Shown: positions 11,001-21,161, counted from the stretch's first letter. The stretch: 64,000 nt of DNA from an uncultured delta proteobacterium (GCA_963767925.1 CAVYGB010000009.1:160001-224000), one strand, 5' to 3'. Notes: generated by a model from the letters alone, not told the origin. Translations and numbers: made by a program.

Positions 11001-13659
11001 CTCCATCCTGAGCGCCTGGCTCGAGCCGCTCGACAGCCGCCTGCCCCTGCAGCGCGAGGTCCAGGTGCGGGGCCTGGCCGCCGGCGAGCTGACCTTCGGG
11101 TTCACCGCCTCGACAACCGTCGCCGTCTTCATGTTCCACCGGGGGGCCGAGCTGTCGCGGGTGCTGGCCGAGCTCGAGACCGGGATCGCCCTGGTGCGCA
11201 CCACCCGGATGACGGCCGAGCTGGAGATGCTGATCGGCTGCCAGCGCGTGGTCCACCACCTGACCGGGCTGTCCCCGGGCGGCGGCTGCGTCGAGCCGGA
11301 GGGGCAGCCCTGCCGGCACGTGACCCTCTGGCTGGCCAACGCCTACCTGTTCCGGGACTTCGCCGGGGCCCGGGGCCTGCTGGCGGCCTCGGAGGCCTCC
11401 CTGCCCACCGCGACCCGCTCGGTGACCATCGTCGACCACACCCTCTATGCCGCCCTCGTGCAGGCCGCCGGCTGGGAGGTGGCGGAGCCGGCCGAGCAGG
11501 CGCGGCTGCGCGCGGCCATCACCGCCGGCGAGCGGCAGCTCGCGGGCTGGGCCGCCGGCTGCCCGGAGAATTACCGGCAGAAGTGGCTGCTGCTGCAGGC
11601 CGAGCTGGCCCGCATCGAGCAGCGGCCGTTCGAGGCGGCCGAGCTTTACGACGAGGCGATCGAGACGGCCGGGCGGCAAGCGTTCCTGCGGGACGAGGCG
11701 CTGGCCGCCGAGCTGGCCGGGCGTTTTCACCGGGCCCAGGGGCGCAAGCGCTTCGCGGGCCTCTATCTCGGGCAGGCCCTCGAGGCCTACCTGCGCTGGG
11801 GCGCGCGGGCCAAGGCCGAGGCGCTGGAAGAGGAGTTCCCCGAGCTGCGGCAGGACCTGGGGAGCCCCGCCCCGGCGCGCGATCCGGATTGGGACGACGC
11901 CCGCGGGGCCGACCTGGATCTGGTGACCCTGCTGCGGGCGGCGGAGGCCATCGCCGGCGAGGTGGTGCTGAGCCGTCTGCTCGGCAAGCTGATGGAGGTC
12001 TGTCTGGCCACCGCGGGGGCCGAGCGCGGCGCCCTGGTCCTCGAGGAGGAGGGGGGACCGTTCGTGCGCGCGGTCGGCTCCATCTCCGACGGGGTCGCCC
12101 TCACGCGCGAGCCCGCCCTGTCCGGCCGCTACCTGCCCGCCGCGGTGGTCGAGCGGGCGCGCCGCGACGGCGAGACGGTGGTGCTGGCCGACGCCTCGGC
12201 CCACGAGGAGCTGGGCCAGGACCCCTACCTGGCGGCCGGGGCCATCCGCTCGGTGCTCGCCACCCCGATCGTGCGCCAGGCCAAGCGGGTGGGGGTGCTG
12301 TACCTGGAGAACAACCTCGCCACCCGGGTGTTCACCGCCGGGCGGGTGCAGATCCTGCAGCTCCTGTCGGCCCAGATCGCCATCGCCCTCGAGAACAGCC
12401 TCCTGTTCGAGGAGCTGACCCACGAGATCGAAGATCGGCAGCGGGCCGAGACGGCGCTCGGCTTCCTGGCCGAGGCGGGCGCCGCCCTCAGCGAGTCGCT
12501 CGACCACGAGCGCACGCTGGCCCGGCTGGCCCGCCTGGCCGTCTCCTTCCTGGCCGACTGGTGCGCGGTCGAGCTGTCGGGGCCGGTCCCGGGCCAGCGG
12601 GCCGCGGTGGCCCACCGGGACCCGGCCCGGGAGGTGGGCTTGCAGGGGCTGTTCCCCCGGCCGAAGGAGGAGGGGGCCCGCGAGGCCGTCCCGCGCACCT
12701 TCGAGACCAGCCGATCGGTGCTGTTCAGCGACCTCTCGGAGACGACGCTCGGCCAGTTCCTGCCCGACCCGGAGGTACGCGGACGCTTCAGGGCCCTCGG
12801 CGGGCGCAGCGGCATGATCCTCCCGCTGGTGGCTGGCGACCGGTGGCTGGGGGTGATCGCCCTGGTCTCGGACGATCCCGATCGCCGCTACGGCCCCAGG
12901 GAGCTGGCGCTGGCCGAGGAGCTGGCCCGCCGGGCGGCGGCGGCCATCGACAACGCCCGCCTGTACCGGGAGGCGCGTGAGGCGGTCCGGCTGCGCGACG
13001 AGTTCCTGTCGATCGCCTCGCACGAGCTGAACACCCCCATCGCCTCGCTGCAGCTCCTGGCCCAGGCGATCGAGCAGGGCGACCTCGATCCCACCCGGCC
13101 CACCATCACCGCCACCATGCGGATCATCTCCCGCCAGACCAAGCGGCTGGCCGGGCTGGTCAAGGAGCTGCTCGACGTCTCGCACATCCAGGGCAAGTGG
13201 CTGCACCTCGACCGGCAGCCGGTCGACCTCGGCGAGCTCGTGCAGGAGACGGTGGCCCGCTTCGCCGAGGACCTGCGGCGGGCCGGCTGCGCGCTAACCG
13301 CCGAGGTCGACGCCGGAGTGGTGGGGCGCTGGGACCGGGCCCGCCTCGACCAGGTGATCACCAACCTCCTCGGCAACGCGGTGAAGTTCGCCCCCGGCAA
13401 GACGATCGAGATCGAGGCCCGGGCCCGGGGCGGCAAGGCCCACCTGGCGGTGCGCGACCACGGCATCGGCATCCCCCAGGAGCGCATCCCCCACATCTTC
13501 GGGCGCTTCGAGCGCGCGGTGTCGGCCGCCCACTACGGCGGCCTCGGCCTGGGCCTGTACATCGTCCACGAGATCGTCGTGGCCCACGGGGGGACGGTGG
13601 CGGTGCAGAGCGCCGAGGGCAGCGGCTCGACCTTTTCGGTAGAGCTGCCGCTGGCCTGA
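8056..13659 (+). CDS. Multidomain Ser/Thr kinase-AAA ATPase-GAF-GAF-histidine kinase
   Basis: IIHRDINPTN and AYCSPE kinase motifs; GPAGVGKS Walker A, LLIEDLQW; KTGGNPFF; FVHDRVQQAAY; GAF (GVLYLENN); SHELNTP H box; GGLGLGL. Confidence 0.95.
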   Translation: MGVFGYGRPGEIYRGTRYVVTRRTRAGQQVVVKAVRPECPDLAGARARLDHEHALLVDLRLPGIVRVAGLEDGDSGAALVLEDAGQQTLEQWQGRRPLAPERFLPIATGLAEALTRLHDRRIIHRDINPTNVVIGEGGRVTLIDFDAASATDGPADRGGVPAHRGTALAYCSPEETGRVGRLVDGRADLYSLGATFYEMLTGAPPFVTRDPVELVHAHLARSPLPPAQANPAVPELLSELVLKLLAKMPEARYQSADALLWDLREAEARLRSAGDIDRFELGLADLARELALPETLYQREQERAALLGAWDRAATGDRGVVVLAGPAGVGKSALAAELRGPVGRRSGRLLTGKAELRRSSTPYAPVVQALQQLAASLHAQAEAGEEGARTARRLQEALGSNTRVVTDLCPELEPLAGTAPPLPALGPIETENRFCLTLRAFVQALATAERPLVLLIEDLQWVDPASLRLLRVLADRPHLHHLLLVVTCRSEEVGSEHPARSTLEALLADGPPAAVAIELPALTVEAITAFCGAALRCEPERARPLAELVLRKTGGNPFFVRRLLRYLHKEDLLGFDRGAATWSWDLARIENVGVTDNVAGVLLATLARLPFAVQVAVRTVACLGHQAPLGTVAAVTGQTREATAGALQVAVKEGLLVALDAEAGPSAPDASFQFVHDRVQQAAYSLLSEADRRAVHLSAGRQLLRERAGGPLDDRLFAAVDQFESAAPLADPAERLAVAELNLRAADRARASSAYASALVYLRRGIALFPAEATPEQAALAFTLHRDALACACLIAEGEQVDELFRAALALARSPADQAELYWIRARDRITALDNRDALYWVQAGLRLFGAELPEVAPGAALGEELAALAAELSGRRADDLLAVSGTPDPDHRVIMDLLATALTATYFERQDLWPVVLARLVSLSLRRGLARSSPFAFTCFGVLLSRQGNYPAGLRVGRLAIELVQRMGDPVEECRTVNVFVSILSAWLEPLDSRLPLQREVQVRGLAAGELTFGFTASTTVAVFMFHRGAELSRVLAELETGIALVRTTRMTAELEMLIGCQRVVHHLTGLSPGGGCVEPEGQPCRHVTLWLANAYLFRDFAGARGLLAASEASLPTATRSVTIVDHTLYAALVQAAGWEVAEPAEQARLRAAITAGERQLAGWAAGCPENYRQKWLLLQAELARIEQRPFEAAELYDEAIETAGRQAFLRDEALAAELAGRFHRAQGRKRFAGLYLGQALEAYLRWGARAKAEALEEEFPELRQDLGSPAPARDPDWDDARGADLDLVTLLRAAEAIAGEVVLSRLLGKLMEVCLATAGAERGALVLEEEGGPFVRAVGSISDGVALTREPALSGRYLPAAVVERARRDGETVVLADASAHEELGQDPYLAAGAIRSVLATPIVRQAKRVGVLYLENNLATRVFTAGRVQILQLLSAQIAIALENSLLFEELTHEIEDRQRAETALGFLAEAGAALSESLDHERTLARLARLAVSFLADWCAVELSGPVPGQRAAVAHRDPAREVGLQGLFPRPKEEGAREAVPRTFETSRSVLFSDLSETTLGQFLPDPEVRGRFRALGGRSGMILPLVAGDRWLGVIALVSDDPDRRYGPRELALAEELARRAAAAIDNARLYREAREAVRLRDEFLSIASHELNTPIASLQLLAQAIEQGDLDPTRPTITATMRIISRQTKRLAGLVKELLDVSHIQGKWLHLDRQPVDLGELVQETVARFAEDLRRAGCALTAEVDAGVVGRWDRARLDQVITNLLGNAVKFAPGKTIEIEARARGGKAHLAVRDHGIGIPQERIPHIFGRFERAVSAAHYGGLGLGLYIVHEIVVAHGGTVAVQSAEGSGSTFSVELPLA

Positions 13660-13678
13660 GCAGCGGAATACGGACACT

Positions 13679-13750
13679 GGCCCCATGGTCTAGCGGTCAG
13701 GACGGCGCCCTCTCACGGCGCACTCCCGGGTTCGATTCCCGGTGGGGTCA
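13679..13750 (+). tRNA. tRNA-Glu (anticodon CUC), CCA not encoded
   Basis: Acceptor stem GGCCCCA/TGGGGTC; anticodon arm GCGCC-CTCTCAC-GGCGC; T arm CCGGG-TTCGATT-CCCGG. Confidence 0.93.
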
Positions 13751-15408
13751 CGCGCAAAGGTACACCTGCTTCTAGGTGCGCCGTCCCGTGGATCGCCCAG
13801 ACCTTGCGGCCGTCGGCCACGGTCGGGCGGAAGCTGAGCGAACCAGGTGGGAAGAGGGCCTGGATCGCCTCCCGCGTCCCGGCGCGGTCGGTGGCGAGAG
13901 CCTGGCGAAGCGAGGCCAGCTTCTGGCGGGCGGAGGTTTGCGCCTGGGCGAGGAACTCGCGGCGCACCTGGGGGAGGCGCCCTGCCACGGCCAGGTCGGC
14001 CTCGATCTGCTTGATGCGGGTCGATCGGCGCTGCAGCTCGGCGACCAGCTCGCTGACGTCAGGAGCGGCCGCCAGGGCAGCCGCGTACTTCTTCTGCTCA
14101 ACGCGGAGCTGTACGAGCTCGGTTTCCAGCGCTGTCGATTCGCTTGGCGCCGCCACGGCGCGCTCGATCTCCGCGGTGACGTCGGCGACGATGCGGTCGA
14201 CGACCTCCTCAGTGAGCACGGTCGCGCACATGTAGCGGACGAGCGCCCCCTCCACCTCGTCCACCGGCTGGCAAATCGTCACGGGGCAGACGGCCTCGCC
14301 GCGCTTGTGGTGCCAACCGCACGCGTACGCCGTCACCCGGCCGCGGCTGGTCTTCGTGTTCCGCGTGCTGATCCCGCCACCGCAGTGATCACACTTCCCG
14401 ATCCCGGCGAGCGCGTGCTTCGCGCCGCGCCCGACCTGGTATGTGCGGGCGCCCCGGTTCGGAAGCTCCGCCTGCACGGCCTCCCAGGTCGCGTCGTCGA
14501 TGATCCGCCACTCGGCGACGGGCACCCGCATCACGTGGGCGGGATCGGCGACCTGGGCACTCCGCTTGCCGCCGCGCTTGATCCGGTCCTTGCGTCCGTG
14601 GACGTAGAACCCGATGTACCGTTCACGGCGGAGGATATCGCGGACGGTGCTGGGGTCCCAGGAGCGTGTGCCGCGACGACCACGACCGGGTGACGGAATC
14701 CCTCGGCGGTTGAGGTCCTCAGTCGTTCGCTTCAGACCCCAGCCCTCGAGGCACATGCGAAAGATCCATCGGACGACCTCCGCCTCGCCCTCGTCGACCA
14801 CGGCCGCGGTGTACTGGCGGCCGCTCGGGTCCGACCTGCGCTCGTTCCTGTACCCGAAGCAGGGTGCCGCCAGCGATCCGGCCAGCCCGCACCCGCTGAC
14901 GGAGCGCCTCTCGCGTCCGGGAGCGGATGGCTTCCAGCTCCATCTGGGCGCCCACGCCTTGGATGAAGGTCATCGCCGCGTCGATCGCGGTCTGGAAGGC
15001 AACCTCCTGGCCGGAGCTGTAGTAGAAAAGTCGCGCGCGGCGATCGCGGACCAGCTCTCGGACCGTGACCGCCGAGTCGATCGCGTCGCGCCCGAGCCGA
15101 AAGTGGTCCCGGCAGACCACTACGTCGCCCGGGCCAACCTCCGCCAGCAACTTGCGAAGCGCCACACGCCCGGCGAAATCGTCGCCGGCGATACCATCGT
15201 CGACGTAGTCATGGACTCCCTCCCAGAGAACGGGAGACTCGCGGCGGCGGAGCCCCTCCGCGAAGCGGAGCGCACCTTCGCGCTGGGTGTCGATGCTGAA
15301 CTCCTGGCCCTCCTTCTCGGACCGGCGCAGGAGGATCCGAAGCGCCGGCTGGGACCGGACGAGCTTGAGATTCGAGTTGCGAGAACCGGGGCCGCTCGGG
15401 GAGGGCAT
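13713..15408 (-). CDS. Large serine recombinase (resolvase + recombinase + Zn ribbon + coiled coil), frameshift at ~14862-14864
   Basis: N-terminal LLRRS...Q...SIDTQ, YVDDGIAG, DHFRLGR; removing one C restores GGTCFGYRNER in frame with ORF 13713..14801 (CDHCGG, YACGWH...C); the ORF ends inside the tRNA. Confidence 0.9.
13738..13766. other. attL: tRNA-derived core plus element arm GGGTCACGCGCAAAGGTACACC
   Basis: Arm 13745-13766 is the reverse complement of 22385-22406 at 20 of 22 positions. Confidence 0.85.
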
Positions 15409-15440
15409 GGTCGCCAGATTGCCAGAGTCGCCGGGCAGGA

Positions 15441-15554
15441 TCAGCGCCCTTCGCGCAGCTCGTGCAGGATCTGTCTTGCCAGGACGCGGGCCAGCGCGCG
15501 CGCTACCTCCACCTTCGCCTCATCGCTAGGCTCTGGGAGTTGAAGGATGGGCAT
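15441..15554 (-). CDS. 37-aa helical peptide directly upstream of the recombinase (possible accessory or directionality factor)
   Basis: MPILQLPEPSDEAKVEVARALARVLARQILHELREGR; co-oriented and ends 32 bp before the recombinase start; function inferred from position only. Confidence 0.4.
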   Translation of the reverse strand: MPILQLPEPSDEAKVEVARALARVLARQILHELREGR

Positions 15555-15559
15555 TGGGG

Positions 15560-16058
15560 CTACGTCCCTTGGAGGCGACCTCTTCCAGAGCACCGCCATC
15601 GATGATGAAGGCACGAAGGGAACTGCCGTCTCGGTCCAGGGCGACGTTGCCGGTGTGAAGGTCCCCGTGGCAGCTTCGCCTCTCGATCCAGACAGGCCTT
15701 TCGAGTGAAGCCAGCCGTTGGAAGACGTCGGCCGGCTGGAGTCCGGATCCACTCGATCCCCACTTGCGAGCAACCTCCAGCAGGCCGGCATGCCTGTCCA
15801 GTCGCGCGGGCGACCACAGGAGAGATCGTAATGGCACCTCCTGTGGGGCGGAGCTCGGAAAGGACCGCAGCTGTGTCGCGATATCCGCCGCGATTTGTGG
15901 GGCAGCTGCCACGACGGCCTCCGGCGGGGAGCGCAGGAGCTCCGCGATGGAGACGGGCGGGTTCTCGGACGGACCCGCCTTGCCGGTGACCAGCAGCGAG
16001 GTCGTGCCGGAGGCCCAGCGGCCGATGACCTTGATGTGGTGGAGTTTGCTGTCCAGAC
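15560..16058 (-). pseudogene. Internal fragment of an APH/phosphotransferase-like kinase
   Basis: CHGDLHTGNV...AFIID motif in the frame of ORF 15526..16263; no credible N- or C-terminus. Confidence 0.6.
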
Positions 16059-16064
16059 GGACGG

Positions 16065-16490
16065 CCGAGGCACTACCTGGTCCAGTTTCGCCAGCTGCTG
16101 AGCGCCACCCAGGACAGCCGCAGGACGCTGCTGGCCGCGTACGCCGGATTGAAGGATTGGCGCAACCTGGGCTGGGTCGACACGCTGGACCTGGTTCACG
16201 CTCCCTGGTTCGACGGCATCGACGGGATCGATGACCTGCGCATGGCCGCAGATCTGACCGCACTCAACGTCGAGCAGGCGCAGAAGGTGTTCGGAGAGCT
16301 GAAGGAGCTTGACCAGCTGGAGCAGCATCCCCGGTACCGCCGCGACGGGTGGTTCCGCACCAAAGTGGACTCCATCCGACGGATTGCACGTCGCGCCCGA
16401 TCACACCGCATGGCGATTCTCAGGCAGATGCAGCTCCAGAACCAGGCCTTGAGCAAGGACGTGGCCAAGATCCGTCGCCTCCGCGACCGA
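16065..16490 (+). pseudogene. Fragment of an unknown helical protein
   Basis: Protein-like stretch KDWRNLGWVDTLDL...AKIRRLRDR that becomes out-of-frame junk at the junction with the radical SAM fragment. Confidence 0.4.
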
Positions 16491-17335
16491 TCGTCTCCAA
16501 TGCCAAGTTCGGCTCCACTCAGGACAAGGCGAAGCGGATCCAGGGCTCCTGGCGGGAAGCGGGGCTGTGTGAAGTCAATTTCAGCTGCGGCGAGTTTCAC
16601 CAGGAGTTCGTCCCCATCGAACACGTGGCCAACGCCTATCGAGCGGCCTGCGAGCTGGGATTCAAGACCGTCCTGCTGGCCGGAAACTTCCTGGCGCCGG
16701 GGCGCGGAAAGCTGGACCGCCGGATGTTCGAGGAGGCCGTTGGACGCCCGCTCATCGATGTACAGGACATGAGCCCGTACAGCGGATATTCGCACGGGAT
16801 GTCCGTCTCCGAATCGATGCCCTATGGGCGCGGGCGCGAGTTCGTGAATCCAGGGGACATCACCTTCCATCCGGTGGACAAGATTCCCAGTTGCTGCGAC
16901 CACATCCTGGTTGGCATCACCGCCCACCCCAACGGAAACACCACGGCTTGCTGCGGGATCATGGTCCGCCAGGAGTCGCTCCTGAACATCGGAAACTGGC
17001 GGCAGCAGACCCTGGCTGAAATTGTCGGACGCGCCCACCAGGATTTCGTGCTCAACTGGATCAAGTATCGCGGCCTGCGCGAGATGAAGACCTGGCTGGA
17101 GGCGCAGGATCCGGGTCTGAAATTTCGCAAGGAATATCAGAACATCTGCGATCTGTGCGCGGAGATCGTCTATAACCCGCGGGCTCAGGCGTTGCTGGCG
17201 AAGGGCGACGAGGAGATGCGCAAGCAGATCGTCGCCACCAAGGTGGTGACGGACGCAGTCCTCAATGCGCCTGACTTCAAGTATGAACCGTCGCGCGACC
17301 CGCTGGGACCGCCTCATGCTGAATCTCACGGATGA
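16490..17335 (+). pseudogene. 5'-truncated radical SAM/SPASM protein resembling YydG-type peptide-modifying enzymes
   Basis: IVSNAKF...AGLCEVNFSCGEFHQEFVP; CDHIL...PNGNTTACCG; NICDLC; the CxxxCxxC N-terminus is absent. Confidence 0.65.
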
Positions 17336-18482
17336 GCGGGCCATCCGGTCGCTGCGGGAATTCCTGCGCGAAGTCGGTTATGGCCCCGCCAGCCGGGTCT
17401 TCGCAGCGGCGAACGACGACCTGGTGTTCCCGCCGTTCCGGGAATTGCAGACCCTCCTCAAGGCGGCGAGCCCCTTCCACCGACTTCTGTTGAGTGTCCT
17501 GCGGCTGGGCCACGCGGCCTCGGAGAACCAGCTGGTGCGGGCCTTTGGCCGGGAAAACCTGGACCTGCTGCTGGGGCTCAACCTGCTGGTCGCCGACGAA
17601 CGCGGCGAGTTTCACACGCCCAGCCTGGCTCTCGTGGAGACGGCCGGCCTGAGCCTCGTCGTGAGCCTGCCCGCACACTATCCGACCGGCACCGTGCGAC
17701 AGCAGCCGGTCCACCTGGGTCCGGAAGCAAACTTTCTCGCTCGATCGCTCCCCGCTTCGCTCCAGGGCCAGGATGTGCTCGACGCCTGCAGCGGCGCCGG
17801 CCTGCAGAGCCTGATCTGCGCGTCGCGGGGGGCACGCCGGGTCGTCGGTCTCGACCGATCGCCGCTGGCGGTCAACTTTGCCCAATTCAACGCCCTGCTC
17901 AACGGCTTCGGGAAGACCGTCGAGTTCCGACAGTCGGACGTGCTTTCTGCTCTGGATCCTTCGGAGCGGTTCGACTACGCCGTCTCGCTGCCACCATTCT
18001 TGCCCCTGGCGGACCTCCTGGAGACCGCCACCCGGGCCGCCGACGGGACTGCAGTACTGGCGCCGGTCCTCGAGCAGCTGCCCCGCCATCTGGCAGAGGG
18101 TGCGGCCGGCCTCATCTACTGTCAGGCGTTCGGGGATCAACATCGCATCTTCCTCCATGACCGGTGCAAGTCGGGTCTGAAGGCGGCAGGTGTTGAGGTC
18201 ACCGCATTCGTGCTGGCGAAGCTGCCGCTGCGGATACATTCCGATCGGGTGCTCGACACCCTGCGGCGCGCCGCCTTCGACGTGACCCGGGAAGACCGGG
18301 AACGAGCCGCCGCAACCTGGACCGCTCAGATGCAGGACGCGGGAGTCGAATTCGTCTACAGCGAGCTCCTCGACCTTCGGCGTACCCACGCCGAGCCGAC
18401 CTTCTCGCAGGTCCCGGTCTACGACGCCAAGATGACAGATCCTCTGGTGACCGCGGTCAAGATGAATCGCATGGCGGTATGA
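17316..18482 (+). CDS. Class I SAM-dependent methyltransferase (HemK/PrmC-like, long N-terminus)
   Basis: VLDACSGAG motif I, VVGLDRS, FDYAVSLPPF (NPPY-like); overlaps the radical SAM stop. Confidence 0.85.
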   Translation: MLNLTDERAIRSLREFLREVGYGPASRVFAAANDDLVFPPFRELQTLLKAASPFHRLLLSVLRLGHAASENQLVRAFGRENLDLLLGLNLLVADERGEFHTPSLALVETAGLSLVVSLPAHYPTGTVRQQPVHLGPEANFLARSLPASLQGQDVLDACSGAGLQSLICASRGARRVVGLDRSPLAVNFAQFNALLNGFGKTVEFRQSDVLSALDPSERFDYAVSLPPFLPLADLLETATRAADGTAVLAPVLEQLPRHLAEGAAGLIYCQAFGDQHRIFLHDRCKSGLKAAGVEVTAFVLAKLPLRIHSDRVLDTLRRAAFDVTREDRERAAATWTAQMQDAGVEFVYSELLDLRRTHAEPTFSQVPVYDAKMTDPLVTAVKMNRMAV

Positions 18483-18495
18483 AGCGAAGTCCGAA

Positions 18496-18969
18496 ATGGT
18501 GTCCGACATGATCTCCGAAAAAGCGTCGAGCCACGATCGCCCTCTGCACCACAACGCGGTCCACGTTGGCCGCCGCGTCGGCGCCGCCATCATCACGGCG
18601 GGTTTGCTGGTGGCGAGCATCGCCGTGGCGTACGACAGCCGGAATCCTGCTCATCTGATCGGACTTCTGCTTCCCGCCACCGTGTTCGCGCTGAGCTGGC
18701 CCACCATCTGGCGCTCGAGCCGGGTTTTTGCCTCGGATCTGGGGCTGCGGATCGAATCCGGCGGCGAAAGCCGATTCGTTCCCTGGCAGTCGGTCACGGG
18801 CGTCGCCGTACCCTCCTGGGTGATCAATCCGGTTGCCTGGTTCGAGCCCCGGGCTATCACCTTGCGTGACGGCTCGCGCGTGCTGTTTTTCCCGGCGCCT
18901 GGCGCGGTGGCCCTGGTGAACGCCCGGGTGCAGGCCGAGCCGGGCACCCCGGAACGAAGCCGGGCCTGA
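18496..18969 (+). CDS. Small membrane protein (2 TM + PH-like domain)
   Basis: Two hydrophobic segments then GLRIE...FVPWQSV, typical of bacterial PH-like tails. Confidence 0.6.
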   Translation: MVSDMISEKASSHDRPLHHNAVHVGRRVGAAIITAGLLVASIAVAYDSRNPAHLIGLLLPATVFALSWPTIWRSSRVFASDLGLRIESGGESRFVPWQSVTGVAVPSWVINPVAWFEPRAITLRDGSRVLFFPAPGAVALVNARVQAEPGTPERSRA

Positions 18970-18976
18970 AGACGTC

Positions 18977-19669
18977 GTGTCGCAAGACCCCAGTCCCGGC
19001 CCCCCGGCCTCCGCCAGCGATGGTCTGACGCCGGGGGCGGTCGCCGGCGTCGCTGCGGTTCCAGCAGTCATTGCGCTGGCCATCCGGGCCTTCGGATTCG
19101 AGCTCCATTTGGCGGTGGTGCTCGCGGGTGCATTCGGCTGGGTCATCGCCCTGGTGCTGCGCCCTGTGGTGGCGGCGCTCGCGAAGCGCATGGGCGTGAG
19201 AGGTCGGGCCTTGCAAGTGGTCGTGGTGGGCTCGTCGGGGCCGCTCGAAGAGGGCGTGCGCCTGCTGGTCCTGATGTCCTGTGCGCGATCGCCCGAAACC
19301 GCCCTTTCGGTCGGATTCGGGTGGGCGACCGTCGAGGTGGCTTTCACCCTGGTCGGCTCGATCATCACCCGGCTGGTGCGCAATCGGGCGGGCATTCCAG
19401 CGGAGAACGCGCAACCGACCAACGCACCTCGGCCGTCACCGGCCTGGGGCGTGCTCGAGCGACTCTGGGCGAGCGGCCTGCACCTGGGCTTCAGTCTCGC
19501 GATCGCGGCCTACGGCCTGCTCGTGGTCCCGGCCGCGGCGGCACACTCCGCGACCAACCTGCTGGTCTGGCGCGCGCTCTCCCGAGGCCAGGGGATAGCC
19601 CGCCTGGAAGTCGTCGGCACCGTCTGGAGCGTGCTCGTTCTCCTGGTGGCGAGCGCCCTCTGGTGGTGA
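18977..19669 (+). CDS. YhfC/PrsW-like intramembrane glutamic/metalloprotease
   Basis: Multi-TM; GPLEEGVR, GWATVE, LERLWASGLH, AHSATN motifs. Confidence 0.75.
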   Translation: MSQDPSPGPPASASDGLTPGAVAGVAAVPAVIALAIRAFGFELHLAVVLAGAFGWVIALVLRPVVAALAKRMGVRGRALQVVVVGSSGPLEEGVRLLVLMSCARSPETALSVGFGWATVEVAFTLVGSIITRLVRNRAGIPAENAQPTNAPRPSPAWGVLERLWASGLHLGFSLAIAAYGLLVVPAAAAHSATNLLVWRALSRGQGIARLEVVGTVWSVLVLLVASALWW

Positions 19670-19709
19670 GCATCCCGTGGAAAAACAACTCCCGATCTCT
19701 GGAGAGCCC

Positions 19710-21161
19710 ATGACTGATCTTGATCGTCGTCTTGCCCCCGGAAAACCCGTCGGCGCGCCATCGGTGGCTAGCTGGGTGCTGGCTTGTTGCCTTGCCGCTG
19801 CCTGTGCATCGCGGCCGGCGATCACGCCCGCGCCGATGGCGCCCGCTTCGCCGACGTCGGCGGTGTCCCCTTCGCCGGTCTCACCTCCTCCGGACGTGGG
19901 CGCGGCGGCCCGGTCGACGACCCCCGAACAGGTCGGCGAGCTGGTCTGGTCGGCCTTCCGGGCGGGAGACCTGGCGGCGGTTCGTTCCCGCTTCGATGCC
20001 CGGATGGCGGCTGCCCTTTCGCAGGAAAAGCTGACCCAGGTGTGGAGCGGAATGACGACGATGGTCGGCCGGCTCGAGAGCTGGACTCTCTCCGAGAACC
20101 GCCCGGAGGGCGAGGTCACGCTCCTCGTCTACACGTTGTCGCTGACCGGGGGTCATGTGCAGGGCCGCCTGGCGCTCGATCGTGAGCTGGCCATCGCGGG
20201 GCTTTTCTTCACGCCCCTTCCTCCCCCCGCAGTGAAGTCGGGCGCCGACGGACAGACGCCCGCTGCCCCACCGGGCGTTCGCTCCGAAGCGGTCCGCGTG
20301 GGCCAAGCGCCATGGGAGCTCGCGGGCGTGCTCACCGCGCCAGCCTCGCCAGGCAAACACCCCGCTGTGGTCCTGGTGGGCGGTTCAGGGCCTCTGGACC
20401 AGGACGCCACCGTGGGGCCCAACAAGCCCTTGCGCGATCTGGCGGAGGGCCTGGCCGTTCGCGGCATCGCGACGCTCCGTCATGAAAAGCGCACGTTCGC
20501 CCACCGGGACCGCCTCAGCAACGACATCACCGTCGAGCAGGAGGTGATCGCCGATGCGGTCCTGGCGCTCGCCCTGCTTCGTGCACGCCCCGAGGTCGAT
20601 CCCGACGCCGTCTTCGTCGTGGGCCACAGCCTGGGTGCCCAGCTGGCTCCAGTCATTGCCGAGCGAGACGGGAGCGTGGCGGGGCTGGTCCTGCTGGCGC
20701 CGCCCGCCCGGCGCATGGCGGACGCCATTGTGGATCAACTGCGATACCTCGGTCAGGCCCCCGAGCAGGACCTGGCGGCGCTCGCCAGCAAGGCAAAGGC
20801 CATCTACGACGGCGTGGCGCCCCCCGGGGAGACGTTCCTGGGTGCGCCGGCCGCCTACTTCGTGGATCTCGAGCGGCGTGACGCCATGGGGGTTGCGCGC
20901 AAGCTGGGCAAGCCGATGCTCGTGCTGCGCGGAGCACGCGACTACCAGGTCGTCGAAAGTGACTTTCGCGCGTGGCGGGCGCTGGTCCAGAAGGTGCCGG
21001 GCTCGACGGCGGCGACCCTGCCGGGGCTGAACCATCTCTTCATTGCGGGGAAGGGAAAGCCTGGCTCGGCAGAGTATGCCACGCCCGGTAAGGTGGCCGA
21101 CTCGGCGCTCGACCGGATCTCATCGTTCGTGAAACGGCACAAGCGCATGGCGCACCGCTAA
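19710..21161 (+). CDS. Lipoprotein alpha/beta hydrolase with DUF3887-like N-terminal domain
   Basis: LAAAC lipobox; FDARMAAALS; GSGPLDQD; GHSLG nucleophile; DYQV; LNH. Confidence 0.85.
   Translation: MTDLDRRLAPGKPVGAPSVASWVLACCLAAACASRPAITPAPMAPASPTSAVSPSPVSPPPDVGAAARSTTPEQVGELVWSAFRAGDLAAVRSRFDARMAAALSQEKLTQVWSGMTTMVGRLESWTLSENRPEGEVTLLVYTLSLTGGHVQGRLALDRELAIAGLFFTPLPPPAVKSGADGQTPAAPPGVRSEAVRVGQAPWELAGVLTAPASPGKHPAVVLVGGSGPLDQDATVGPNKPLRDLAEGLAVRGIATLRHEKRTFAHRDRLSNDITVEQEVIADAVLALALLRARPEVDPDAVFVVGHSLGAQLAPVIAERDGSVAGLVLLAPPARRMADAIVDQLRYLGQAPEQDLAALASKAKAIYDGVAPPGETFLGAPAAYFVDLERRDAMGVARKLGKPMLVLRGARDYQVVESDFRAWRALVQKVPGSTAATLPGLNHLFIAGKGKPGSAEYATPGKVADSALDRISSFVKRHKRMAHR

Noticed and set aside
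383..13206. Very long alternative ORFs (e.g. 383..3082 -, 7927..13206 -, 8169..12980 +)
   Set aside because: Shadow frames of high-GC genes; Arg/Gly/Pro-rich with no motifs, and they overlap well-supported CDSs.
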